Part shown: piece after piece, positions 26,006-38,136 of the stretch
How the letters are laid out: each line of letters opens with the position of its first letter
Position numbering within the stretch: the first letter of the stretch is position 1
DNA from: Octopus sinensis
Lineage: Eukaryota
Length of the DNA: 64,000 nt
Assembly: GCF_006345805.1 (NCBI RefSeq)
Contig: NC_043008.1
Location: forward strand, 12,338,001-12,402,000
Reading direction: 5' to 3'
Program-made: the position numbers and the translations under genes
Notes under the pieces: model-generated
The model's database searches: none
What the model saw: only the letters and a program-made list of their open reading frames with translations
Told to the model about the DNA's origin: nothing

Positions 26006-26147
26006 AATGTGAATAAATAAACATTACATTTGACAGAATCATCTGAATGCTAAATAATTAAACTTAATTTGTTTTGGTAATATTGATTGATTGAAGGAAT
26101 AAGACTTTATATGTCTAATGTGTTTCCTTGTTTCGTTTCTTTTGCAG

Positions 26148-26272
26148 GAACTAACTCTCGCCGTCGACGTATCTCAGATGTGCATTTTATTGAATCACCA
26201 AACAATGTCACAAGTTATGTAGGTCAAACTACCGTACTTGAATGTAATGTGAAAAACTTACGAGGAAAACAA
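26148..26272 (+). CDS. Internal coding exon: N-terminal part of an Ig (V/I-set) domain of a Dpr/DIP/zig-8-like cell-surface protein (GTNSRRRRISDVHFIESPNNVTSYVGQTTVLECNVKNLRGKQ)
   Basis: Polypyrimidine acceptor tttcttttgcag ending 26147 and donor gtgagt at 26273. 125 nt, phase 1 in, phase 0 out. Shows the Ig A'-B strand pattern NVT..VG.T..LEC.V.N with the first conserved Cys. Confidence 0.9.
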
Positions 26273-26284
26273 GTGAGTAAAATT

Positions 26285-26722
26285 TTCGTTTTTTGGATTT
26301 GGTTTGTAAGATTCTTTATATGAGTTTGGGTCTTGAAGCATGTTCTGTTGTGTCTGGGGAGAGTCATTTTCCTTTTGTGCCTTGTGCGAACTGCTAAGCA
26401 TTTCGCACGCCAGGCGAAATGCTTAGCAGTATTTCGTCTGCCGCTACGTTCAGAGTTCAAATTCCGCCGAGGTCGACTTTACCTTTCATCCTTTCAAGGT
26501 CGATTAAATAAGTACCAGTTACGCACTGAGGTGACTTAATCCGTTTGTCTGTCCCCTCTGTGTTTAGCCCCTTGTGGGTAGTAAAGAAATATATAATATT
26601 ATTAGAGAGTCAAGACTATTGAAAAGGTTGCTAGACACAACAAAAATTTTAGGAAAATTAAAATAAGAAATAAGTGGAAATTTTACCGGTCAGAAAATGA
26701 CTCTCTCCAGACACAACAGAAG
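26285..26722. mobile_element. Foldback MITE (tgtgtctggggagagtcattttc arms), split by a family B SINE; relatives at about 27925-28130 and 51785-52015
   Basis: Left arm 26345-26375 and right arm gaaaatgactctctccagacacaacagaa at about 26693-26721. Confidence 0.6.
26386..26590 (+). mobile_element. Family B SINE inserted into a foldback MITE just downstream of the Ig exon
   Basis: gttcagagttcaaattccgccgaggtcgactttacctttcatcc...gccccttgtgggtagtaaagaaata. Confidence 0.8.
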
Positions 26723-26769
26723 TAATAATGATAATAATAATAATAATGTATTATACTAATAGTTATCGC

Positions 26770-26989
26770 CAAGCCAACATGGCAGTCCAGAAAAATAGGA
26801 CGAATGCTGCCGTTGATTAGCTCCAAGAGGCCATCACCTCTAGCTAGCTATGTGACACACAAACCTGTGTCCATTATAACCTTCAAACAGGTGTGTGTGT
26901 GTGTCACATAGCTAGCTAGAGGCGATGGCCTCTTGCAGCTAATCAGCGGCAGCATTCGTCCTATATTTCTGGACTGCCATGTTAGCTTG
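26770..26989. repeat. Approximately 92-bp-arm inverted repeat
   Basis: Arms about 26770-26861 and 26898-26989, few mismatches. Confidence 0.85.
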
Positions 26990-29149
26990 CAATATCTGAG
27001 GTTATAGCAAGCAGTGGGACTGAACCCAGTACCATGTGGTTGGTAAGCAAGCTACTTACCACACACCCACTCCTGCACCTCCATATATATATATATATTT
27101 ATATTTATAAGCATATATGTATATTTTAATTATTTGTCTGCCAATTATTTTGGGTCATCAATGCCAAAGACACTCCCTGTAATTATTCATCATTTAAGTC
27201 TGACATAGGAACTAATCATTTTAATCTAAAACTAGGTTTTTGTTGTTGTTGTTTTGCAATGAAAAGGAATCAAACTTAAAATTTCAATTTTCTAACGTGC
27301 ATCAAACTTCCCTCTTTCGTGGCTTTCATTTTCTTACACCCCCCCACTTTGTCCTCCTCCTGTGCCCCCCTCCCGACTGCCAACTCCCTTGTCCCTTCAC
27401 CCTGCTGCGTCTCTCCTTGCTCCCCACTCCCCACCCACACAACAAAAACATAAAATTAAAAACTAAAAATAAACATCCTACCCATTGAAAGGAAAGCATA
27501 ACATTCTACATAAGACATGTAGAATATTTTGGCCAGACATGCCCAGTTTAAATATTTAAGGGTTAGCCTCTGATCACCTGACATAAAGCCACCTCCCCCA
27601 GTACCACTACCCACCTCAGCTGAGGGGTCTTGTCTTTGTGAGTTACTTGGTGACCTGATCATATTTTGGTTAAAATGCTCTTCGGGCTTAATGAAAATGA
27701 TCGGCACCTTCAGTTCTTGTCATTATTTTTATTATTTATTTATAAACTCTATTTTTTCTTTGATATTACCATAGGCTACATGTCCTTCAATTCTTTTTCC
27801 ATTTTATACTATCTTGCGCTACATGGCCATCCGTTGAAAACATGGTCTTTCTGTATATTTCACCATAACTGATGTTTCTGATGACCTGAGATGGTTTTAA
27901 TTCTCATAAAACTACCTCGTTACATTTCGTTTTTGGATTTGGTTTGCAAGATTCTTTATATGAGTTCGTGTATTGAGGCATATTCTGTTGTGTCTGGGGA
28001 GGGTCATTTTCTTTTTGTGCCTTATAATGTAGCACACTCACCAGTAAAATCTCCACTTATTTCTTACATTTATTTTCCTAAAATTTCTAAGACTATTGAA
28101 AAAGGTTGCAAGGAAATATTCTATGGTCACTGGAAAACCAAAGAAGACTTTTTCTATTAATGATAGGCACTGGTGTAGCTGTGTGGTTAAGAAGCTTCCT
28201 TTCCAACCATGAGGTCTTGGGTTCAATCCTACTACATGGCACCTTGAATAAGTGTTTTATACTGCACCACAGTCAAACCAGAGCCTGGTGACTGGATTTG
28301 ATAGAAACTGAAAGAAGCTTGTTTTCTCTTTCCTCTCCTTTTTGAAATAGGGTAATTATGTATCTCAGATAAAGCAAAACACCTGTTCTTTATGCCTCTA
28401 TCATCATTTAATTTCTCCTCACCTGACACAAAACCACCTTCCTCAGTACTGCTTTCCAGCTCACCCGAGAGGTCCTGTCCTACAAGTCACTTGGTGACCT
28501 CACTGGTGAAGGTGTCACATAAAAAACACCTAGTACACTCTGTAAAGTGGTTGGCATTAGGAAGGGCACCCAGCCATAGAAACCATGCCAAAACAGACAA
28601 GGAGCTTAAACTGCCCTTCAGCTGGTCACCTCCTGTCAAATTGTCCAACCCATGCCAGCAGGGAAAACAGACTTCAAATGATGATGATGATGATTGCTTA
28701 TTTTTAGACAAACATTATAGGGTAGATGTGAGAGGCTGGATCTGGACAGTTTAAACATAAAACATGCAGAATATTTTGGCCAGATATGGCCAGTCTAAAT
28801 ATTTAAGGGTTAGCCTCTCATCACCTGACAAAAAGCCACCTCCCTCAGTACCACTACCCACCTCAGCTGAGGAGTATTGTCTTTGTGAGATACTTGGTGA
28901 CCTCACTAGGCCTGGTGCCACATAAAAAGCACCCAGTACACTCTGTTAAGAGGTTGGTGCTAGAAACCATGTTAAAGCAGACAGTAGAGGTTGATACAGT
29001 TTTCTGGCTCACCAAACCCTGTTTGACTGTCCAACCCATGCCAGCATGGAAAACACATTTAATGACGATTCTGATAAACATATATATATATATATATACA
29101 CACACAGACATGTAGGAAGTAAATAGATACCTTTAATTTTCAAAATCTT

Positions 29150-29604
29150 TTATTTGATATTAATTGGTTGAAGGAGAAGTTTTCTTCTAGCTGATCGTCC
29201 ATAATACCCAAGCTTATGCAGATATGTAACACACGCTCTTGGACTAACTTCTAGCTGTTTTGCAATGTCAGAAGCCTTCAAACAGGGTTCATTTTCCACA
29301 ATTCTCTTCAAACAGCAAAGCTTCCTTTCCAAGGGCCCAGGTCAGCCACGATAAGTATCTGTTGATTTTTTTCTCCTTGGCTTTTGAATTGCACTATAAT
29401 TCTATTATCAGTAGCTAGAGGAATTTGAAGATTTTCGGCAAATTTTCGATAGCTAAGATCAGCCTCAGATTGCCCAACAATACGACCTCTTTGAAAATCT
29501 GACAGTTCTGCTGAATTTTTGTGTGTGGCCTGGTCACTTTTCACCATTGATGGAACGACCATTCGGTACACATTTGGGTGCACAAACTTTTTCCTCAACC
29601 TAAG
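29150..29604 (-). mobile_element. Tc1-family transposon remnant: one end plus frameshifted N-terminal HTH region of the transposase
   Basis: ATG at 29547 gives MVKSDQATHKNSAELSDFQRGRIVGQSEADLSYRKFAENLQIPLATDNRIIVQFK; the second frame gives LKRIVENEPCLKASDIAKQLEVSPRACVTYLHKLGYYGRSARRKLLL. The end abuts (TA)n; the DDE domain is absent. Confidence 0.85.
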
Positions 29605-29626
29605 ATATATATATATATATATATAT

Positions 29627-29707
29627 ATATTGTTATATTTCGGAATGGTCATTTTGCCAGTTTAGCCAATAAAGACACAAAATGACCATTCCGAAATATA
29701 ACAATAT
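29627..29707. repeat. Perfect 30-bp inverted repeat with a 21-nt loop (collapsed TA-flanked MITE)
   Basis: atattgttatatttcggaatggtcattttg / caaaatgaccattccgaaatataacaatat. Confidence 0.8.
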
Positions 29708-29785
29708 CTGTTTCAACACACGACTTCACATAAAAAATCTTGCACAACAAATATTTAAACGTATATATATATATATATATATATA

Positions 29786-30105
29786 TCATCATCATCATCA
29801 TCATCGTTTAACGTCCGTTCTCCATGCTAGCATGGGTTGGACGGTTCGACCGGAGATCTGGGAAACCAGAAGGCTGAACCAGGCTCTGGTCTTATCTGGC
29901 ACTGTTTCTACAGCTGGATGCCCTTCCTAATGCCAACCACTCCGTGAGTGTAGTGGGTGCTTTTTACGTGCCACCTGCACTGGAGCCAGGCGAGGCTGGC
30001 ATCGGCCACGGTCGGATTGGTGCATTTTACGTGCCACCTGCACGGAAGCCAGTCGAGGCGGCACTGGCTTCGGCCACGATTCGGATGGTGCTTTTTACGT
30101 GCCAC
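29786..30105 (-). mobile_element. Family E 3' end, little diverged, CpG-rich
   Basis: catcatcgtttaacgtccgttctccatgctagcatggg...tgctttttacgtgccac units. Confidence 0.8.
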
Positions 30106-32064
30106 GGGCTTCTTTCAGTTTCCATCAACCAAATCCACTCACAAGGCTTTGGTCAGCCCGAGGCTATAGTAGAAGTCACTTGCCCAAGGTGCCATGCAAG
30201 TGGGACTGAACCTGGACCCATGTGATTGAGAAGCTAACTCCTTACCCCACAGTCGTGCCTATACCCTTTTTTAAAATTTACACACCCACACACCCACCTA
30301 CACATTCTTTTTTTTCTTCTTTTTTTTTTTGTTTTGCTATATTTCCTTCAAAAGTTCTCAACTCCAAAAATCATATCAATATTTTTCAAATATTGATAAC
30401 AAAACCAAAACTGGTGCAGAAGGTCATTGTTTTTCTTTGCATGGGTTTTGTTATTCCACTTGATTTTTCAGAACTAGTCTTCACCATGGAGAAATATTTT
30501 GCTATTGATCTCAGCATTTATTCAATACTGTATAATATGTTGCATATAAATGAAAGACAAAAAAACATCAAAATCAATAAATTAATTTCATTTTTTTCAT
30601 TTTTCTTTATTTATATATATGAATGTATTTTTTTTTTTTATCTAATTGAATTCGAGGCAAATGAACTTGATGCTATGCAACAAATAAAATCTTTTCTTTT
30701 CAATTCTTCTCCCCACCTCTCTCTGTCTCTCTCACACGTGCACATACACATACATGTATACGCGTGCACACAGGGAAAACATGAAAATAAATTTTTTAAA
30801 ATTTTATGTTTTATAAAAAAAAATATAACAGTCAAAAGAATAAATGACATGAAAAAAAAAACAGCTAAAAAATGTGTAATTATTAAATAACTTAAATCAA
30901 CATACAAATGATACAATAATTTGCAGTTAGGAAATCTGTGAGATTTCTTCATGAATGGACATTCGAAAAGAAAGTCACACTGACATTTAATAATTTTATG
31001 TAGTTCCATTTCCTTTCTTACTTCCTTCCTTTCTTTCTTTCCTTCCTTACTTTCTTTTCTCCTCTCCCTCTTTCTTTCTTTTGTTCTTTCTTTCATTCTT
31101 TCTTTTGTTCGTTCCCTCTTTCCTTCTTTCTTTCATTCTGTCCCTCATTTCTTCCTTTCAGTTTTTTTCCTCTTCCCGTTGCTATCCATGACCTTCTCAT
31201 TGACAAGCAAACAACCGATTGATTGTTTAACCAGCACATTAAACAAAAACAGTCGATTAGTTACTTGATTAAATATTTAACCAACTGGCAAACAATAAAG
31301 AAGTGATATCGAACCAGTGCATGCACTTATCATTATTGGTGTGATGACCCTCCCAAGACTCAAAAAGATTCCTTCAAACATGTGAATTCCCATCAAGAAT
31401 CTTGCAAACCAAATACAAAAACAAAGATGATTTTAATCTTCTACCTTTACTTTGTTTCATTCATTAGACTGTGGCCATGCTGGGGCACAGCCTTGAAGAG
31501 TTTTAATTGAACAAAATGACCCGAGGACTTACCATTTTTTTAAAGCCTAGTATTTATTCTATTGTTGAAATTTATAGAAAAGTAAAAGACGGAAACGGGT
31601 GTATGAATAACAAGCAGTTGTAGTAGCTTGACACTCGGGAAAGTGAGAGAGTCTTTTACATTTTAAGCCTATGCTCTTCAGCAGAAAGGAATAATAGAAA
31701 ATAAACACACAGAGAAAAAAATGACTTGTGGATTTAGCAGTCAAGCACGGTGACTTATTCTGTTGGTTTCTTTTTGCCAAATTGCTAAGTCACAGGAACA
31801 TAAACACACCAATGCCAATTGCCAGGCAGTACTGGGAGGCAAACAAAGACACAAAAAAAAAACATGTATTTTTTTTTGTTTTCACTCCATTTTTCCCTCT
31901 CAACCCTTTCTGTCAAAGAACATAGACTCAAAACGTCAAAGACTTTTCCATTCTTACAAAGCATCAAACTAATACACCTGTTGGTTGTTCCGTCACCTGC
32001 CTTCATCCTTTGTTTTCTGTAAATTTGAACTATATATATATATAAAAATAAATGCGCCCTTTTT

Positions 32065-32403
<339 letters not shown>

Positions 32404-32703
32404 TATGGGCTTCTTTCAGTTTCTTTCTACCAATTCCACTCACAATGCTTTGGTCGACCGAGGCTATAATAGAAGACACTTGCCCAAGGTGCCACACAGT
32501 GGGACTGAACCTGGAACCATGTGGTTGGGAAGCAAGCTTCCTACCACACAGCCATGCCTGATAAATTTTATTTTCCCATCTTCTATGTTTGCCATATTTA
32601 CTTCTTTTTTTTCTTTCTTTTTTTAAATTTTACCTCTTTACAATTTTAAATTAAACCCGACCATTAATTACCATTTACCATTGTGTTTCTTAATGACTTT
32701 CAG

Positions 32704-32914
32704 GTAGCATGGCGGAAACTACCATCCACTAGTCCCTTAACGATCGGAACTTTTGTATTTGAACCAGATCCAAACTATAAAATACGCAATGACATTAAAC
32801 GCGAACAATGGGATCTAGTCATTGAAAACGTGCAAAAAAAACACGCTGGAACCTATGAATGCCAAATTCCTTCAAATACAAAAATAGCTGTTCAAGTCAA
32901 TTTAACAGTATTAG
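32704..32914 (+). CDS. Internal coding exon: rest of the Ig domain (VAWRKLPSTSPLTIGTFVFEPDPNYKIRNDIKREQWDLVIENVQKKHAGTYECQIPSNTKIAVQVNLTVL-G)
   Basis: Acceptor gactttcag ending 32703 and donor gtaagt at 32915. 211 nt, phase 0 in, phase 1 out, so it joins the previous exon in frame. Contains the Ig C-strand Trp, W.L.I..V...AG.YECQ and V.LTV motifs. Confidence 0.92.
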
Positions 32915-33329
32915 GTAAGTAGATGGAAGAACAACAATAATTTCACACTTTCGTTTTCTGTTTTTTTTTAATTCCTGATATTGTTCTGTTTTTGAGATAA
33001 CAAGATGTTCAATGTTTGTTTCGTTGATGTTAGCTAAAATGATAAATCATTTTTCTTTTTCATTAATTTTTTTATTGTTAACTACTAATTTTTTTTTTTT
33101 TTTTTCCTCAACAAACATTAATCAATGTATTATTCTACAGCGTAAAACTATGTAGCTGTGATATTTTCTTGTTAATAATTTTATAAAAATATATACGTGT
33201 TGCAGCTCTTGAATGTGAAAACTATCAAACTATCACTGGTGTCGCTTCTCATCAAACAAGTTGGCCTTGCTCTATCTATTCTTTCAAAAGAACTGTGGCA
33301 TAAAGCTTTTAATATTTAGTTGAAAGTAT

Positions 33330-33920
33330 GCTGGCGAGCTGACAGAAACGTTAGCACACCAGATGGAATGCGTAGCCATATTTCGTCTGTTGTTACGTTC
33401 TGAGTTCAAATTCCGCCGAGGTCGACTTTGCCTTTCATCCTTTCGGGATCGATAAATTAAGTACCAGTTATGCTCTGGGGTCGATGTAATCGAGTTATTC
33501 CATTTGTCTGTCCTTGTTTGTCCTCTCTGTGTTTAGCCCCTTGTGGGTAGTAAAGAAATAGGTATTTCGTCTGTCTTTACATTCTGAGTTCAAATTCCAG
33601 CAAGGGCGACTTCACCTTTCATCCTTTCGAGGTCGATAAATTAAGTACCATTTCTATATCAGTATACAACTGGTACTTAATTCGATCTAATCATCTGACC
33701 CAACGTCCCCTAAAATTTCGGGCCTTATGCCTAGAGTAGAAAAAAATATTTAGCTGAAAATATAGTGGAAAGCTGGTATTTCATCTGTCTTACGCTCTGA
33801 GTTCAAATTCTGCTGAGGCCGACTTTGCTGTTCAGCCATTCAGGGTCAATAAAATAAGTTACAGCTGAGCCCTGGGGTTGATTTAATCAACTTACCCCAC
33901 CATCCAAAAGTTGCTGGACT
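33330..33920 (+). mobile_element. Three consecutive family B copies or fragments
   Basis: gttctgagttcaaattc...cctttcatcc occurs three times with different tails. Confidence 0.75.
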
Positions 33921-34181
33921 TGTACCAAAATTTGAAATTTGGGCATTACTGCCTTGTCAATTACATTCATTTTATGGATTAGTATTTGCTTAATCATTTT
34001 TGGAAGGATTAAAGGTGAAATTGGTGTTGAGAGGATTTGAACACAAACCATAAAATAACATAATCAAATGTGACAAAATATTTCATCCGGTGCGCTATGG
34101 ATCCTTTAATCCCACCAACACTACTTATTCAATGGATTAATTTATCAACTCTTAGCTGTTGCTGTTCTGTTCTTACTATAA

Positions 34182-34745
34182 TCATCATAGTTTAACGCCC
34201 ATTTTCCATACTGACATGGGTTTGATGATTTCACTGAGGTCTGCAGAGCCAGCGGCTGCACCAGGCTCCAATCTGATCTGGCAGTGTTTCTACAGCTGAA
34301 TGCCCTTCCTAATGCCAACCACTCCGAGAGTGTAGTGGGTGGTTTTTATGTGCCACTGGCACAAGAGCTCGTCAGGTGGGCCTGGCATCAATCATGTTCA
34401 GGTGGTGCTTTTTACGTACCACCATCATAGGAGCCAGTCTGGGGGTACTGGCATCAACCACATTTGGATGGCGCATCTTGCATGTCACTGGCATATGGGA
34501 ACCAGTCAAGCAGACCTGGCATCGACCATGTTCGGATAGTGCTTTTTACATGCAACCGGCATGGAAACTATTCAGCGGGATCATTGTCCACAGCTACGAT
34601 ATTAGTTTTACTTGACTCAACAGATCTTCTCAAGCATATCATATTGCCCAATTTATCAGGGGTATTCTTAACAGGGTCGGACATGTGTGGCTGCGATCTC
34701 ACTTTAGTTGCCAGGTCTTCTCAATCACAGCATATCTCCTAAGTT
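34182..34745 (-). mobile_element. Family E 3' fragment
   Basis: Same terminus and internal repeat units, reverse strand. Confidence 0.7.
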
Positions 34746-34995
34746 CCCGATCTCACGTACAAACCATAAAATGGCTTAAAGGATTTTAAGACAATTGGTA
34801 AATGTTTGCAGAAATCATGGATGCTTCAGCAGCAAACATAGTGATAACATGGTAGAATTTATTTCTAGTTTATAGTAAATATAGCTATATCTTTTTCAGT
34901 AACCATTTCATAGAATCTGCTTGTCTTCTTTTGTGATCAGCATGGTTAGATGAAATTTCTATCATTAAATGCTTAAATGAATATATATTGCAAAT

Positions 34996-36155
34996 GCTAA
35001 TGCAGAAGCTGCTACTGATTATTTTGAATAACTGAGGAAAATGATTGCTCTAAAGATGCTACATATCATATCAAGCGCACTGTGAAGAAACTAGGCTTTT
35101 CTGGAAGAGTGTTTCTGTTAGAAAAAAAGAAGCAAGCTTTTAGAGTTTCTAGAAAATAATCTGATGCTTTTTATGAGATTAAATGGTGCCTGGTTGTATA
35201 AAATGAAAGGTCCTTCTTGTGTATTTTGCCAAAAAAACATAGGTCTTTCAAGAGATGCATGTTTTAGCATTCAAATTAGCTTTTGATGACTACAGGCATT
35301 TTCCAAGATGATTTTGACCCTGTTGATGCAATATTAGGCACAACTAGACTTACGTGGCTTAGTGGTTCGGGTGTTGGATTCATGACTGTAAGATCATGGT
35401 TTCAATTCTTGGACAGGGTCAAGCGTTGTGTTCTTGAGCAAAACACTTCATTTCATGGTGCTCCGGTCCACTCAGCTGGCAAAAAAGGAGTAATCCTCTA
35501 ATGGACTAACATCCCATCCAGGTAGGGAATATACCAGGAAACTGGCCCTTATGAGCCAACATGACCCAAGAAGAAAACTTTACTGAGGAATTTCAACCGT
35601 GTTTCGTGGTCTGCTACCACAACAGCTCCTTTATAGGATCCAGTTAGCTCAGGACATTGGAGGAACTACATCCGGTTTTGGCCCCTACTCCTTTACCGTT
35701 TTGATGTGGCAGGGTCCCCCCCTTCGGAGGTGTCTTCAGCTCTGGTGTTGGGTGCATGTCTTCTTTCTTCTGTTCCCTGGCCTCTTCGATGTAACGTCAG
35801 CGAGTGTCAGCTGGTGACTGACTGTCTTGTCAAATTTTTCCCTTTGAAAACCTGCTGCTTATTTAATACCAGGCAAAGTCTGTCCAACAAAATATTACTC
35901 CTTTTTGACAACGTACCAAACCATCCACTGAACTTAAATGAACTCTTTCATATTGGGAGAGTAGAACTTATTTTTAAAAACATGACTTTTTAGCACCTGC
36001 CTGTGGATCAAATTTTCTGAGCCAACTTCAGGATGTTTTTTCTAGATGAATTTTGAAACTACTGATAAAAGTAATTCATGGGGGAATAAGTCTACATCTA
36101 GGGGTGATTGGGAAAAGCCCAATATCATAGATGCTGTTGATAACATGGTTGAGAC
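34996..36155 (+). mobile_element. Highly decayed pogo/Tigger (DDE_1) transposase, interrupted by later insertions
   Basis: Colinear motifs ANAEAA, EETRLFWK, MTTGIFQD, KILLLFDNVPNHP, LPVDQ and WEKPNIIDAV match the pogo order DETGLFWK...WMT..IF..W...ILLLLDNAP.HP...QPMDQ. Confidence 0.65.
35345..35580 (+). mobile_element. Family C head and body with tail T2, inserted in the Tigger remnant
   Basis: gtggcttagtggttcggg...aatggactaacatcccatccagg...gaaactggcccttatgagcc. Confidence 0.7.
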
Positions 36156-37047
36156 TAAATTTTATATGTACAGATGTCAAAACATAACTACTTACAAACC
36201 ATGCATGCCCTCATACAGATATATGTTCATGTATAAAGAAACGCACATATGCATGCTATATATATGCACACATATATATGTATCTATATCTATATCTATA
36301 CCTATCTATATATATATATATTCATTATTTTATTTGATACAAAATGTATGAAACCATGGTCCAGGAAATAGATGGTAAATGATTTTATTTTTCATTCCCC
36401 TCGAGATTTTATCCCTAATTAGTGGTTTGAACTTTAGCTGTTCCTTCTAGCATAAGGGAGTCTTATAATGAATACCTCTTAATGTGATTAAATGTACACT
36501 GTATTATATATATATATATAAAGGAAAGAATAAATAGAGTTGAAAGGCAGAGAGAGTATAATTCGACAGCTGTTTAATGACCACTACACATATTTCGATA
36601 TAACATAGATCCACATATATACAGGATTTAAATTTAAATTAACTAATGGTTTACCTATATAATAGGACCTAGTTGCATTTCCTCAGGTGATATATAATCG
36701 TTGCCTCCATATGTATGTATATATGCATGTATATATAAACATATATATATATATTTTATATATTATATATACATATACATGTATGAACGCCCTGCACAAA
36801 TAATTTGTTTATAGTGATCAAATGATTGTGCTGCACTTTAGCTCAGTCTCTCCATCAAATTGACGTTGTCTGAACAGGTGGATGGTGTACCACATGTCAG
36901 GTATTGAAATGACCACAGAGCAATGGTAGATTAAGTGTTTTACTTGAGAACACAGCACACCACTCAGCCCGGAAATTGTCATCACACAATCATGTTCTAC
37001 CAATCATAAGTGGAACTCCCTAACTACTGAGCTATGTGCTCTCACAT

Positions 37048-37085
<38 letters not shown>

Positions 37086-37384
37086 ACACACACACAGATT
37101 CATAAATATATAAATGGTAGAAACTTGAATGAATGACATTCTTTATTTAGAGCCACTACAATTGTTTTGACACATCTTTACACTTGTAGTAGATTGTTGA
37201 GATGTGGTGTAATCATTATCATACATGCAAGACTTAAAATGCACTTTGTCAGGTGATTGTTTAAATAAGTTCTTTGTTAGATCCTTCTGCCATTTCATTC
37301 AATGTGAGAATGCACACCCAAAGTGAGGTGGGATTTTCAGCAGTTTGCAGACAAAATACAATTATAATCAACATACAAAATGGA

Positions 37385-37768
37385 TGGAAGCACTCCATCG
37401 GTTATGACGACGAGGGTTCCTGTTGATCCGAATCAACGGAACAGCCTGCTCATGAAATTAACGTGTAAGTGGCTGAGCACTCCACAGACACGTGCACCCT
37501 TAACGTAGTTCTCGGGGATATTCAACGTGACACAGAGTGTTACAAGGCCGGCCCTTTGAAATACAGGTACAACAGAAACAGGAAGTAAGAGTGAGAGAAA
37601 GTTATGGTGAAAGAGTACAGCAGGGATCACCACCATCCCCTGCCGGAGCCTCGTGGAGCTTTAGGTGTTTTCGCTCAATAAACACTCACAACGCTTGGTC
37701 TGGGAATCGAAACTGCGATCCTATGGCCGTGAGTCCGCTGCCCTAACCACTGGGCCATTGCGCCTCCA
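37385..37768 (-). mobile_element. Family D SINE (tggaggcgcaatggcccagtgg head) with tail T1, full length
   Basis: Head and body differ from family C; the 3' approximately 190 nt match the family C tail. Confidence 0.85.
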
Positions 37769-38136
37769 CTCAAAATACAAAATACAGTTCTATAGAAATA
37801 AGCAAAAACGATGTCAGGTTAACTATAAATTACAATTCTACCTTCAATGGTTAGATTATAAATGAAGAATAAAATGAAAAATAATATTAAGCACATATAG
37901 GGATAATAAATAAGCATTCTAGATAACAATAGCATTCGACAACGTTTTTACCCAAATCTTGTTTAACAATATATATATATATATATATATATATGACACA
38001 ACATCAGTAAAGAAATTTGAGAAATTTGAATAGAAAATGTGAAACCGGTTATTTCTCCCCAAAACAATGTCACTATACACAAAATTTTATATCATTTTCG
38101 TAGCATGATTATTTTAATATATTATTTAACCATATA

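Larger units (their letters stand above)
25491..26060 (+). mobile_element. TTAA-CCC-bounded MITE (piggyBac-like ends), split by the 25676-26005 insertion; relatives at about 9830-10055, 22330-22490 and 52025-52230
   Basis: Starts ttaaccctttatcatttaaacc and resumes after the TSD with acattacatttgacag...aatgctaa. Confidence 0.6.

Noticed and set aside
27870-27915. CTGATGA-cctgag...ctca-TAAAAC hammerhead-like string
   Set aside because: The GAAA core is absent and there is no stem I.
30222-30890. 222-aa ORF
   Set aside because: Low-complexity AT-rich F/I/K composition, non-ATG start, no domain features.
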